Shown here piece by piece: positions 46,501-54,960 of a stretch of DNA of 64,000 bases. The notes under the pieces are model-generated. The model saw only the letters and a list, made by a program, of their open reading frames with translations, searched no databases and was not told the origin of the DNA. The translations under genes and the position numbers were made by a program. The DNA is from Candidatus Cloacimonadales bacterium. Its GTDB lineage: Bacteria > Cloacimonadota > Cloacimonadia > Cloacimonadales > JAFGVF01. How positions within the stretch are numbered: the first letter of the stretch is position 1; every line of letters begins with the position of its first letter. The stretch covers positions 259,245 through 323,244 of the forward strand of contig OY762964.1 of assembly GCA_963667035.1 (NCBI GenBank), given 5' to 3'.

Positions 46501-48966
46501 AGGCAATTCTGGAACAGATTCCGCTAGGTTAGCAGGTGCAATAGCTGTTGTAGCTAGGGGTAACTCATTGAATGTAGTAAAAGACCAAATAGGGCAATTA
46601 GATGCATTCCCATTTGGATTGTAAGGGATTACTTGCCAATAGTAAGTTACTCCTGCCTGCAAGCCTGCATAGCTCAAAGAAGTTGTATTTCCAACATCTT
46701 CAGTATTATAAACGTCGGTAGGGGGATTATCTGTTCCTAATGAGACATAGTAACCGGAAGTACCTTGAGTGGTATTCCATACTAAATCACCAGTCATTGC
46801 AACACCGGTTTCGGTATCGGTAGGAGAGATTAGTGTAGTAGGAGCAGGAGGTGCTGAATTATCATACAAAGCTATATCGTCTACGCAGATATCACCATAG
46901 AAATCTCCCGCGGTTTCCATTGCTCTGAAATCTATAATAACAGTTTGATTTATATAATCTGCTAATGATACTTCATAATATGCCCATTCGGTTGCCCCGT
47001 CGGGATCGCTTATTACCGCTAAATCACTTGTTGTGTTACCGCCAACCGAAACATCAATATTTATGGTTGATGTATTGGCTGCATCTCCTATCCAATAATT
47101 GAATGCAAGGATAGGGTTAGTGAGGCCCGATAAATTAAATGGGGGAGAATACAGATGAGCAGGTATAGTATCGGGGTCAGAATCATCAACTCCGATATAG
47201 TAACCATTGTTACCTGTTGCTTCATTTGGAGCTCCATGCCCACCGAATTCATTATTTGCAAGTACCCAACTATCATCAACAGGATTTACTGTCCATTCAA
47301 TAGGATATTCATCAGTATCGAAGGTCTGTGAATAAGGATAAGACGATACAGTCGCTTCAAATCCGGTTCCTGTAATGGTAACATCATGACTAATTCGTGT
47401 TACATCGTCAGTTATTGTTATGGTACTGCTTATAGGACCATCAACTACTGGATTAAAAATAACTTCGAAAGTACTTAAAATAGTAGAGTCAAGAGTTAAT
47501 GGATAAGTGTTATTATCGACTAATGAGAAATTTGATGTATCATTAAGGACAACAGAAGATACATTAAGAGAACTTCCACCTATATTTTGCATAGTAATTG
47601 TTACAGGATCGGAAGATGCTTCAACGAATACAATTCCAAAGTCAATAGAATCAGGATATACTGCTAATTCTCCGTTCGGGTTTACGTCCCCGAAGGTCAA
47701 TCTTGTATTTGGAATAATGCTAGATGTTCCATTAGCTGTTAACGGAGAAACAGGATCAGTATCTGTCGTATCATTGTAGTAGAAAATACTTCTTTGATCT
47801 GTTACGGTTGTTCCGTAGAATTCTTCTGTTGTAAGACCAAAATCTTGCTGATTTTCTTCAACAGCTATTACTAAATTATCAATATTATTATATACGAAAG
47901 GAGCTGTTAAATTGAATTCAATCCAACCATCAGCAGGAATTGTTGGTAATGGACCTGTATACACGACTTGGAATTGATCAATAGGGAGCCATGAATCATT
48001 TCCATTATAAGATGTGTTAGATGTGTGTCCCATATAAATAACCCACTCATTACAGTTGTTAAGTGTGTTATCCATATTGTAATGATAAGCTACTTTTTCA
48101 ATTCTTCTACCCTGAACATCTATTTCACTTTGAAGATAAATGGTTTGGGTATAGGAATAGCCATAATACGGTTCAATCGGAAGATGTGTATTTGTTTCAG
48201 TACCACTTCCTATTGTTAAGACATCGTCACCTAGAGTAGTTTGAAAAGTTAGATTTGCTATTGAGGTAGTGGTTGTTAGAGTATTATGACCAACAACTTT
48301 CCAATAATACCAAGTTCCCAGAGCTAAATCAGATGTGGGAGTATAGGAACCGTTTGCTCCTGCAACATCACCGCTGACAACCTGAGTTACAGGTGGATAG
48401 ACAGTATCTAGATAAACATCATAAGTCTCAGTATTAGCTCCAAAATCCCAAGATAAAGTTGGTATTGTATCAACATTTACAGCTCCATTAACAGGTAAAA
48501 TGTTTGAAATTTGAGCGGGAGCATCGGCATCATTAATGGTTCCTGCTTGATCAGCAATAACATTCATGACATAAGAACCATTGTAAGTACTGTATCCTTC
48601 TACACAGATAAAGTAATCTACATAAGGATCAAGAGTCAAACCTGATAGCAGAGATGTTGAGTCGACACCACTGTCATCATCAGACCATAGTTCTGTATGA
48701 TTCGAGTCATAAACTGTGAGGTAAGTATCAAATGATGATCCTGTTAGATCAATAGAAACATTTGTTAATTGAGTAACTGCATTGATTACATAGAATGCAT
48801 CATTTGAATCGTAACCTATTACATTTGTTAAATTTGTTGTATCCCCTGTATCGTTGTATGGTAGTGCCGTAATTGGAACTGCCAAGTTGAAATCATCACC
48901 GCCTATAGCAAGTAAAGATCCCATTACAAGAATTGAGATGATAAAAAACACTAATTTCTTACTCAT
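43519..48966 (-). CDS. 1815-aa multidomain T9SS cargo protein (PPC-like, FN3-like, MAM-like and choice-of-anchor-J-like regions)
   Basis: Signal peptide. Repeated ..TYYWQV/IIPYN.. FN3-like modules. MAM-like GDICVDDIALYD. C-terminus VSSGVYFYKMHSGTYTKSRKMILIK. GGAGGA RBS. Confidence 0.8.
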   Translation of the reverse strand: MSKKLVFFIISILVMGSLLAIGGDDFNLAVPITALPYNDTGDTTNLTNVIGYDSNDAFYVINAVTQLTNVSIDLTGSSFDTYLTVYDSNHTELWSDDDSGVDSTSLLSGLTLDPYVDYFICVEGYSTYNGSYVMNVIADQAGTINDADAPAQISNILPVNGAVNVDTIPTLSWDFGANTETYDVYLDTVYPPVTQVVSGDVAGANGSYTPTSDLALGTWYYWKVVGHNTLTTTTSIANLTFQTTLGDDVLTIGSGTETNTHLPIEPYYGYSYTQTIYLQSEIDVQGRRIEKVAYHYNMDNTLNNCNEWVIYMGHTSNTSYNGNDSWLPIDQFQVVYTGPLPTIPADGWIEFNLTAPFVYNNIDNLVIAVEENQQDFGLTTEEFYGTTVTDQRSIFYYNDTTDTDPVSPLTANGTSSIIPNTRLTFGDVNPNGELAVYPDSIDFGIVFVEASSDPVTITMQNIGGSSLNVSSVVLNDTSNFSLVDNNTYPLTLDSTILSTFEVIFNPVVDGPISSTITITDDVTRISHDVTITGTGFEATVSSYPYSQTFDTDEYPIEWTVNPVDDSWVLANNEFGGHGAPNEATGNNGYYIGVDDSDPDTIPAHLYSPPFNLSGLTNPILAFNYWIGDAANTSTINIDVSVGGNTTSDLAVISDPDGATEWAYYEVSLADYINQTVIIDFRAMETAGDFYGDICVDDIALYDNSAPPAPTTLISPTDTETGVAMTGDLVWNTTQGTSGYYVSLGTDNPPTDVYNTEDVGNTTSLSYAGLQAGVTYYWQVIPYNPNGNASNCPIWSFTTFNELPLATTAIAPANLAESVPELPTLSWNPADNFPDGYKLYLGSDNPPTDINNGLDLGLVTSYEVTTPLQFETTYYWQIVPYNFVGDAINCPIWSFTTNSNQNYGGDGTLYGGYYFANSTDAGNGLGHQPLFEWVEISDNETTLNGANITTGSYDDGYWTVPIGFTFNFFGNDYTELSICSNGTIQFSNYNSNHVAHTNLAIPNSEAPNDLIAFLAMDSDPEDIPSTLTYGNDEEGNFVYTALMYDDYNDPAEYIDVQVILYQSGRIKIQYRNYVNPNGDIDLNSIIGDTCVGIENADGTIGHQYRNNGVGGPINDPMAICYAQTPGDLSDGGNGLMIPTDIEFNVVTVNDDSDVFQLRMRNFTDTTIVIANQPTLTGDDIDQFEITDNNTYPLSIAQGTQATMDIVFSPTSVGHKTGMLTIVDDFVPEEEVRNTYEISLHGYGFVQDTNDSSTQAIEFALYDDLVEEYEAIIQPETDVDWYVFWQTAPAELDIHTENANGSTIDLAAFLYGPYDEANMDIDEFSAVDFDDDSWNDNMNPHIVYNVPDDTEASGFYYLRIARSDNSPEEEEVRVSKNDSFAGSNKNTLTSSINKAKAKDNQILEQHPEPTEPTTRWSTGDYKLWISTDNPVRPSGFDEPINLAYTITYQGVNLTWGAPIPATRQLEGYNVYRDDSIINTDPVTSLFYLDTTPVIDETYEYKITAIYSAPAGESVASDSVMVTFIGVDPPIIAEDFESYDDFATSMQYWTLLDVDGEDTFGFTNGISFPGDTDPMSFIIFNPSSTTPPLQFADAFSGDKYGACFSAESGPNDDWLITPKIQLTNETAYLNFKVRSYTTQFGPELIEVAISNGGNEPEDFTVISGDSPIEASQEWSLHHIELDNYATQLIRVAFHCISDETFFLMIDDIEVMNNGATLDSHGQVAIPDRTALCGNYPNPFNPETTINFDLKENSPVTIDVYNIKGQRIATVADGDFNAGHHSVVWNGIDNNGKQVSSGVYFYKMHSGTYTKSRKMILIK

Positions 48967-49346
48967 AAATTCCTCCTTAAATAAGAAATCCTTTCATCAA
49001 TAAATAATGCACTGGAATTGATTATTTTTCTCCCTATGCATCAATAACGTTTACCCATCTCAGCTAACCACAGCAATTCTCATAGTTTGGAATAATACTG
49101 TCAAACCATTTTTTTGAAGAAGTTTATATCCTATATTATCTTTTGAAGTAAGCAAATCCTGAATAAACGATTGTAACTAATAGTGAGCGTCATTTGGAAG
49201 ATAATTATTTCTTTATGAAAAATTTGTACTTGTAAGATATTTTGAGTTCTGTTTATCTAGTCTAAGCAGGCAATTTATCAAGAATTATCTTTACTAGTAA
49301 ATATTTATGTGGAATTATTGATTAATTACTTTTATTAGGAGGAATC

Positions 49347-49628
49347 ATGATTAAAAAAATCATCATTGTACTTTTGATTGTATCCATGTTTCTTATGCTC
49401 TCCGGTTGCTTTGCAGGGACAAAGGATTCAGATGATAAACCCGCTGGATTTTTCTTAGGTATCTGGCATGGTTGGATAGCACCACTTTCTCTTATACTAG
49501 AGGTCTTTAGCTCAACAATAAAAATCTATGAGCCTCACAATCGAGGTTTTCTCTATGACCTTGGATTCTATATGGCAATTATTGCCGGTTTTGGAGGATT
49601 ATCACTTATAAGAAAGTCAAAGAAATAG
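49347..49628 (+). CDS. small lipoprotein/membrane protein, hypothetical
   Basis: AGGAGG RBS, lipobox MLSGC, two further hydrophobic segments. Confidence 0.55.
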   Translation: MIKKIIIVLLIVSMFLMLSGCFAGTKDSDDKPAGFFLGIWHGWIAPLSLILEVFSSTIKIYEPHNRGFLYDLGFYMAIIAGFGGLSLIRKSKK

Positions 49629-49678
49629 TTTGTCTTCAATCAACAACACTTAAGATACTTTTCATCAAAGGAGATTCA

Positions 49679-50794
49679 ATGAACTGTCCGATTTGTTTCT
49701 CAGAACTAGAACCCAAGCATGATGATAACCATATACTATATCACTGTCCAAGATGTGAACTGGCCTATACAAGCATTACATACTTGAAGAACAATGGCAA
49801 GAAGGAGAAGAATCTACTCCACTTAAGGAACAAGATTCTCTCAGAAGGTAGAGAATCGCATGCTTGTCCTAATTGTAATAGAACGATGAAAGGACTCAAA
49901 ATCCCTGAATTCAACGGTGAACCTGAGGTTGAGGTTTGCAAGATGTGTAACTATTTCTTTATGCCGGATGGTGCGGTTTCTGAGCTTCCAAATGATCTTC
50001 GTAAAGCAAGGGATAACGTTCCTGTCAGTAAATCCACAGAAAGGAAAGCAGTTCATTCTCATCGAACAATGGACATAGCTAAAACTAAAAGGTATGAGTA
50101 CTCCAGTACTATTGAAAGAGCCGGTACTATAAGGCAACTATTTTTCCCGGAGATGATTAATCCCCCGAATATTTCTACTCCTGCATATATTACTTACATT
50201 TATACATTAGGAACTATCCTAGTTTCATTACTAGTGCTGTTTAAGGTTATTCCATATTTCAAAAATGATTATTCGGATGTACAGAATGTTCTTACATCAT
50301 TCTTTGTATTCAGGAATATGGTCCATGTTTTGTATCTTTATTTCTTTATTTTGATGGGATATTATGTGGAAGCTGTACTTGGAAGAATTATATACATTAT
50401 CCTAATTTGCTCAGGGTTCTTAATCAATCTGTTTTTAGGATCAACTTTATCCCAATGGCATATTACAGGTCCGGATATGGTAATAGGCTTAACTATTTTT
50501 ACTTTTGTATTCCTTTTCCCATTCAAAGAATTCGACACCGGTTCGATAATATTTTTAAGAGCTTATTATTTTAGGGTGCAGGCTTGGATTATGGTTACAT
50601 TCTTTATTATAGTTAGAGTATTTACAAGACATCTACAGGGAAGAAACTTATCTTTTTTTGAACAGTTTACTTGGTTGGTTATCTCGCTAACAGTTTCATT
50701 TGTTTTAGTTCAAATTTTGGGAGGTCGCAAGGTAGCTTTAACCCGTAAGGGTATAGAAGCTGAAGATAATCCTGCTTGCACTTCAAAAGATTAG
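49679..50794 (+). CDS. double zinc-ribbon protein fused to a rhomboid-like polytopic membrane domain
   Basis: CPIC...CPRC and CPNC...CKMC pairs at the N-terminus. The membrane domain has HVLYLYFFILMGYYVEAVLG, resembling the rhomboid TM2-TM3 region. AGGAGA RBS. Confidence 0.55.
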   Translation: MNCPICFSELEPKHDDNHILYHCPRCELAYTSITYLKNNGKKEKNLLHLRNKILSEGRESHACPNCNRTMKGLKIPEFNGEPEVEVCKMCNYFFMPDGAVSELPNDLRKARDNVPVSKSTERKAVHSHRTMDIAKTKRYEYSSTIERAGTIRQLFFPEMINPPNISTPAYITYIYTLGTILVSLLVLFKVIPYFKNDYSDVQNVLTSFFVFRNMVHVLYLYFFILMGYYVEAVLGRIIYIILICSGFLINLFLGSTLSQWHITGPDMVIGLTIFTFVFLFPFKEFDTGSIIFLRAYYFRVQAWIMVTFFIIVRVFTRHLQGRNLSFFEQFTWLVISLTVSFVLVQILGGRKVALTRKGIEAEDNPACTSKD

Positions 50795-50880
50795 TGTAAA
50801 TATAACTTATTCTCAGTATATGGTTTGACAGATAACCCTATTCTTATTTCTTTGCCGAAATACCACTAAAGGAGTACTAA

Positions 50881-51627
50881 ATGGAAAATAAAGTTTTAGC
50901 TAAAGTTAACGGTAAAGAGATTACTCAGAACGATGTCAACATCTTCATCGAAAGATTAGGACCACAGCACGCAGCTCAATTTCAGGGTGAAGCAGGACAG
51001 AAACAAATTCTTGATGAACTCGTGAATCAGAGCCTTTTTTGTGCCGATGCTGTTGAAAATAAAATCAACGAAACTGATGCTTACAAAGATGAAATGGCAA
51101 AGATGAGTGACATGGTTCTCACTCAGATTAATGTTTCTAACCTTGTTAACTCAATTCAAGTAACTGATGAAGAAGCAGCTAATTATTTTGAAATGGCAAA
51201 AGCTAACTTTGCTCAACCTGCAACAGCAGATACAAGTCACATTCTTGTAGCTGATGAAGAAACATGTAAAGATTTAAGAAACAAGATTATAAATGAAGAG
51301 ATCTCATTCGAAGATGCAGCAAAAGAACACTCATCATGCCCATCAAAGGATAATGGTGGACGTTTAGGAAGCTACCCTAAAGGTCAGATGGTTCCCGAGT
51401 ATGATGCAGTTTCATTTGAGATGAGTGAAGGTGAAATCAGTGAACCTGTCCAAACTCAGTTTGGTTATCACCTTATTCGCTTAAACAGCAAAACCGAGGG
51501 TGGAGAAGCTGTTTATGAAGAAGTTAAAGACAGAGTTCAAAAAGAACTTCTTACTCAGAAGCAGCGTGAAGCTTATGTTGCGAAAATTGCTGATATGAAA
51601 GCTAAGCATAGTGTAGAATATCTTTAA
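50881..51627 (+). CDS. parvulin-type peptidyl-prolyl cis-trans isomerase (PrsA/PpiC-like)
   Basis: SHILV...CPSKDNGGRLGSYPKGQMVPEYD...FGYHLIRL parvulin domain. Confidence 0.8.
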   Translation: MENKVLAKVNGKEITQNDVNIFIERLGPQHAAQFQGEAGQKQILDELVNQSLFCADAVENKINETDAYKDEMAKMSDMVLTQINVSNLVNSIQVTDEEAANYFEMAKANFAQPATADTSHILVADEETCKDLRNKIINEEISFEDAAKEHSSCPSKDNGGRLGSYPKGQMVPEYDAVSFEMSEGEISEPVQTQFGYHLIRLNSKTEGGEAVYEEVKDRVQKELLTQKQREAYVAKIADMKAKHSVEYL

Positions 51628-51650
51628 TAGATTACTAATTGTTTAGATTT

Positions 51651-51683
51651 AAGGCAGAGTGATAAGCTCTGCCTTTTATATTT
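51651..51683 (+). terminator. rho-independent terminator of the PPIase gene
   Basis: Stem AAGGCAGAG / CTCTGCCTT followed by TTATATTT. Confidence 0.65.
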
Positions 51684-51798
51684 GAAAGTTTCTTATACCA
51701 ATAGTATTGCAGTGGAAGTCATACTGCAATCTACGGATAACCAATGGTTTCCCTTGATTGGGTTTCGTTGCCTCATTGATGCAATAACTTAATAGAAA

Positions 51799-51830
51799 AG
51801 AGCTTACTAACAAATTTATTAGTAAGCTCT
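51799..51830 (-). terminator. orphan 12-bp hairpin, possibly the displaced terminator of the dnaE-GWxTD operon
   Basis: AGAGCTTACTAA / TTAGTAAGCTCT with an 8-nt loop; a T-rich tail is present only on the minus strand. Confidence 0.35.
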
Positions 51831-51839
51831 CTTAATGTG

Positions 51840-52545
51840 TAACGAAATCCACCTGCTCTGCAGGTGGTTCCCCAAAGCTTTAGCTATGCACAAAAATTCC
51901 TCCATCGTAACTTTGTAGTGTCAGCTGCAAAATAAACAAAGGAGGAGTAATGGATAATAGTACATTATCACATACTACATGGAATTGTAAATACCACATA
52001 GTCTTTTCACCTAAGTATCGACGACAGGTAATTTATCGCAAACTAAAAAAAGATATTGGTGAGATACTGCGAGTATTATGTGAACGGAAACAGATTGAAA
52101 TCATTGAATCAGAGGCTTGCCCCGATCACATTCACATGTTGATAAAAATACCACCGAAATATAGTGTTTCATCAATAATGGGATATCTTAAAGGTAAGAG
52201 TAGCCTGATGATTTTTTGACCGACATGCTCAACTGAAATACAAGTATGGTCAACGTCGATTTTGGTGTCGAGGCTACTTTGTCGATACCGTTGGCAAAAA
52301 TGAACAGCGAATAGCAAATTATGTCAGGTCACAACTCCAAGAAGATGTACTCTCTGATTAGATGACAATCAAAGAGTTTATTGACCCGTTTACGGGTAAG
52401 CAAGAAAACTAAGGCATTCAAATAACCCCTTTAGGGGTATCCGGAAATAGTTGTGCAGCTGACATTTTCTCAGAGGGCGAGAGCCTGGTCAGTGTCTGCC
52501 CTTATAGGGCGAGTCCAAACCACCAGCTGAGCTGGTGGTCATGAT
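51840..52545 (+). mobile_element. IS200/IS605-family insertion sequence (tnpA only); boundaries approximate
   Basis: Y1 (HUH) transposase gene flanked by similar subterminal hairpins: CCACCTGC-TCT-GCAGGTGG (51849-51867) and ACCACCAGC-TGA-GCTGGTGGT (52519-52539). Confidence 0.75.
51950..52361 (+). pseudogene. tnpA: IS200-type Y1 transposase TnpA, split by a +1 frameshift in a T6 run
   Basis: The first frame ends ..KGKSSLMIF* at 52217-52219. From 52218 the +1 frame reads DRHAQLKYKYGQRRFWCRGYFVDTVGKNEQRIANYVRSQLQED, the expected continuation. The HUH motif (HIHMLI) and the C-terminal Tyr region are therefore in different frames. T run at 52212-52217. Confidence 0.8.
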
Positions 52546-52559
52546 TGATAAGATTATTT

Positions 52560-53876
52560 CTATTCCATGTCACTGACGTCAAAGTCAGATCCCATATATT
52601 CTTTCCACTTTGGGTCAGATGATTCATTTTCGTCATTTAAGACATGGACGATTCTGTAATTCTTGTTCATTTGCATATCTAGGAAGAGATAAGATGGTCG
52701 GTTTTTACTTTCATACTTCCAGATTTCATAATCTTTCTTTACTAGATATGTTCCTTCGGCAGTAGTTTGTCCGATGATGATTTCATCAGGTTCTCCATGA
52801 AGAATATATATTCTTCCTCTATCAGTCAGCCAACCTCTCTTGAATTTGTAATCATATTTTGAAGAGTCAGCAACTCTCTTACGAAGGAAGCTAATATAAT
52901 CTTCAATTTCCATCCGATTTTCTATAGCTTTTTGTGTCCAAAACTTAGTAGCGAAGCGCTTCTTAGCATCTGGAGAATTGAGTCTATGCCATCTTGAAGT
53001 TTCGTTGTTATTACCGAAGTACTTTATTAGCACATATTCATCTTCTAATTTTTCTGTTACAGTATAAATATCACGTTTGATTCTTTTTATAACTAAATAG
53101 CTATTTGCTAGCATGTTATTTTCTGTATCCTTAATAACAATTTCATAAAAACCGTTATCAAACTTGTTTAACTTTATAGGGAATGCACCGCTAGAGTCTT
53201 CTTTAAGCTTTAGCGATTTGACTAACTCATCCTTTCTATAAATCTCTAATTTACTAGATGTTAAGTCAAAATCTGGTTTGGTATCAATGCTAAGATAAGC
53301 ATGTTCTGTAGTTTGTAGATCTATGATATGGGAAGGTTCAACTTTATAAATAAATCCCTCTCTTTGAAATTTCTTGAGATAATCACTTTTAGCTGGAATC
53401 ACTTTAGATGAAATCTCAATATCACCAACTAGAGCATCTTTAGCCAAAGCAATCAACTCTGTTTCCCATTCAAATTCACTAGTTGTTGATGGTTCGGTGA
53501 ATACTAATCTTAAACCAACATCATCGCCTTTAAAGGTATAATTAAGCTTATCCAGATAACCTTTATCGCTTAGTTGAGTATCAAATTCATTAGACACTGC
53601 AATATGAAAAGTATTTGTTGTATTATAAAATATAGAATCTGCTTTAGTGAAAGTAATATCAAGATCAACAACCGAAACAAAATAGTTTTCCCTTTTTTCA
53701 AATTCTAATGAGTTATAAGGGATATAGAAATTGATATCAAAAGAAGTTTTATCAGCTATATTGAATGATCGAACCAGTTCAATTTGCATTGGTAACTCTA
53801 TAGCTATTGCTATAGATGAAAAAATAAGAAATACAAATAGGAGACTAATACTCATCTTGTGTATTTTGTAATTCAT
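52560..53876 (-). CDS. GWxTD domain-containing secreted protein
   Basis: Signal peptide and C-terminal GWLTDRGRIYILHGEPDE motif. ATG at 53876 preferred (alternatives 53855 and 53885). Confidence 0.8.
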   Translation of the reverse strand: MNYKIHKMSISLLFVFLIFSSIAIAIELPMQIELVRSFNIADKTSFDINFYIPYNSLEFEKRENYFVSVVDLDITFTKADSIFYNTTNTFHIAVSNEFDTQLSDKGYLDKLNYTFKGDDVGLRLVFTEPSTTSEFEWETELIALAKDALVGDIEISSKVIPAKSDYLKKFQREGFIYKVEPSHIIDLQTTEHAYLSIDTKPDFDLTSSKLEIYRKDELVKSLKLKEDSSGAFPIKLNKFDNGFYEIVIKDTENNMLANSYLVIKRIKRDIYTVTEKLEDEYVLIKYFGNNNETSRWHRLNSPDAKKRFATKFWTQKAIENRMEIEDYISFLRKRVADSSKYDYKFKRGWLTDRGRIYILHGEPDEIIIGQTTAEGTYLVKKDYEIWKYESKNRPSYLFLDMQMNKNYRIVHVLNDENESSDPKWKEYMGSDFDVSDME

Positions 53877-54960
53877 AATCACCAAATCCTTTTATGTCCT
53901 GAAACAGGAAATTTTTGTTAATGTTGTAATAGTACCAAATGATGTATGGCTTAGTTCCTATTGGTAGAGCTTCTTTCAAGATTTCATCAGGCTCTCCGTA
54001 TTTTATGAGAATTCTACCTCTGTCAGTCATCCATCCCTTTTTATATTTTCTAAATGAAAATCTGTTATCTGCTTCAATAACTCTTTTGTAAAAAGTTGAA
54101 CGCATACTTTCCGGACCTGCATCTGTTTCACTATAGGCATCCCAGAATTTATTAATTCCTGCCTCTATTTCATTATCTTTCTTAAGCTTTCTGAGATGCC
54201 TCCACTGATTCTGGGTTGTGATATAGCGTAATTGAGCAAGTTTGTGTTTCCAAGAATAGAGTCCTGAATAGAGAACTTCAACTTGCTTGCTTCCCAGAGT
54301 CAGTCTAGTAGTCTGACCCTTAAGATTGAAAACAAAATGACTTGAAGGATTCAATTGCTGCCTAATCTCTTTTTTAGGAGAATAAACAATTAAGGTGTCC
54401 GATTCTATATCAATAGAAAGACTATCATTACATTGCAGTGATATAGCATCCGGAGTAAATTTAAATGCAAAATAGAAAACTAATTCCTGTAGGGAACCAT
54501 ATTGCTTAATATCATCTACAATCTGCATTGTGAAAGGATTGACTGCAATAGGTGCTACATAGTCTACGGAACTATTAATTTTAAAACTAACGCTGTCTTT
54601 AAATCTATTTCCTAAAGCGTCATTGAAGAAATTGAAGTAAAGGGTATAATTACCCTTTGATAACGTTGTATTGTAAATTGAGATAAAGGTTTCACGTTTT
54701 CTAAAATTATCATCATGAATGATAATATCACGAAAGTCTCTGTAAACAACTTGTTCATCTTCATTCTCTATCGTTATTGCTATACCGTTTTTTGAGATGT
54801 TAATGCCATTGGGAAAATTTATATAATCTCCATTAAGATATAAGACTAATCTCTGATAATTCCCCAAGTTATCTACTTTTATAGATTGGGCTGATAGCAA
54901 AGAAAATCCTAACAATAAAGCAATGATTATTAAATATGTATATATCTTCATTCTATTCAT
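53845..54960 (-). CDS. GWxTD domain-containing secreted protein (paralog)
   Basis: Signal peptide ..LLSAQS and GWMTDRGRILIKYGEPDE motif. The ATG at 54960 overlaps the dnaE stop (alternative ATG at 54951). Confidence 0.8.
   Translation of the reverse strand: MNRMKIYTYLIIIALLLGFSLLSAQSIKVDNLGNYQRLVLYLNGDYINFPNGINISKNGIAITIENEDEQVVYRDFRDIIIHDDNFRKRETFISIYNTTLSKGNYTLYFNFFNDALGNRFKDSVSFKINSSVDYVAPIAVNPFTMQIVDDIKQYGSLQELVFYFAFKFTPDAISLQCNDSLSIDIESDTLIVYSPKKEIRQQLNPSSHFVFNLKGQTTRLTLGSKQVEVLYSGLYSWKHKLAQLRYITTQNQWRHLRKLKKDNEIEAGINKFWDAYSETDAGPESMRSTFYKRVIEADNRFSFRKYKKGWMTDRGRILIKYGEPDEILKEALPIGTKPYIIWYYYNINKNFLFQDIKGFGDYELQNTQDEY

Noticed and set aside
48967-49346. 380-bp ORF-free region upstream of the 1815-aa cargo gene as a possible ncRNA or riboswitch
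   Set aside because: It is AT-rich with no convincing stems, repeats or conserved motifs. It is most simply a divergent promoter region.
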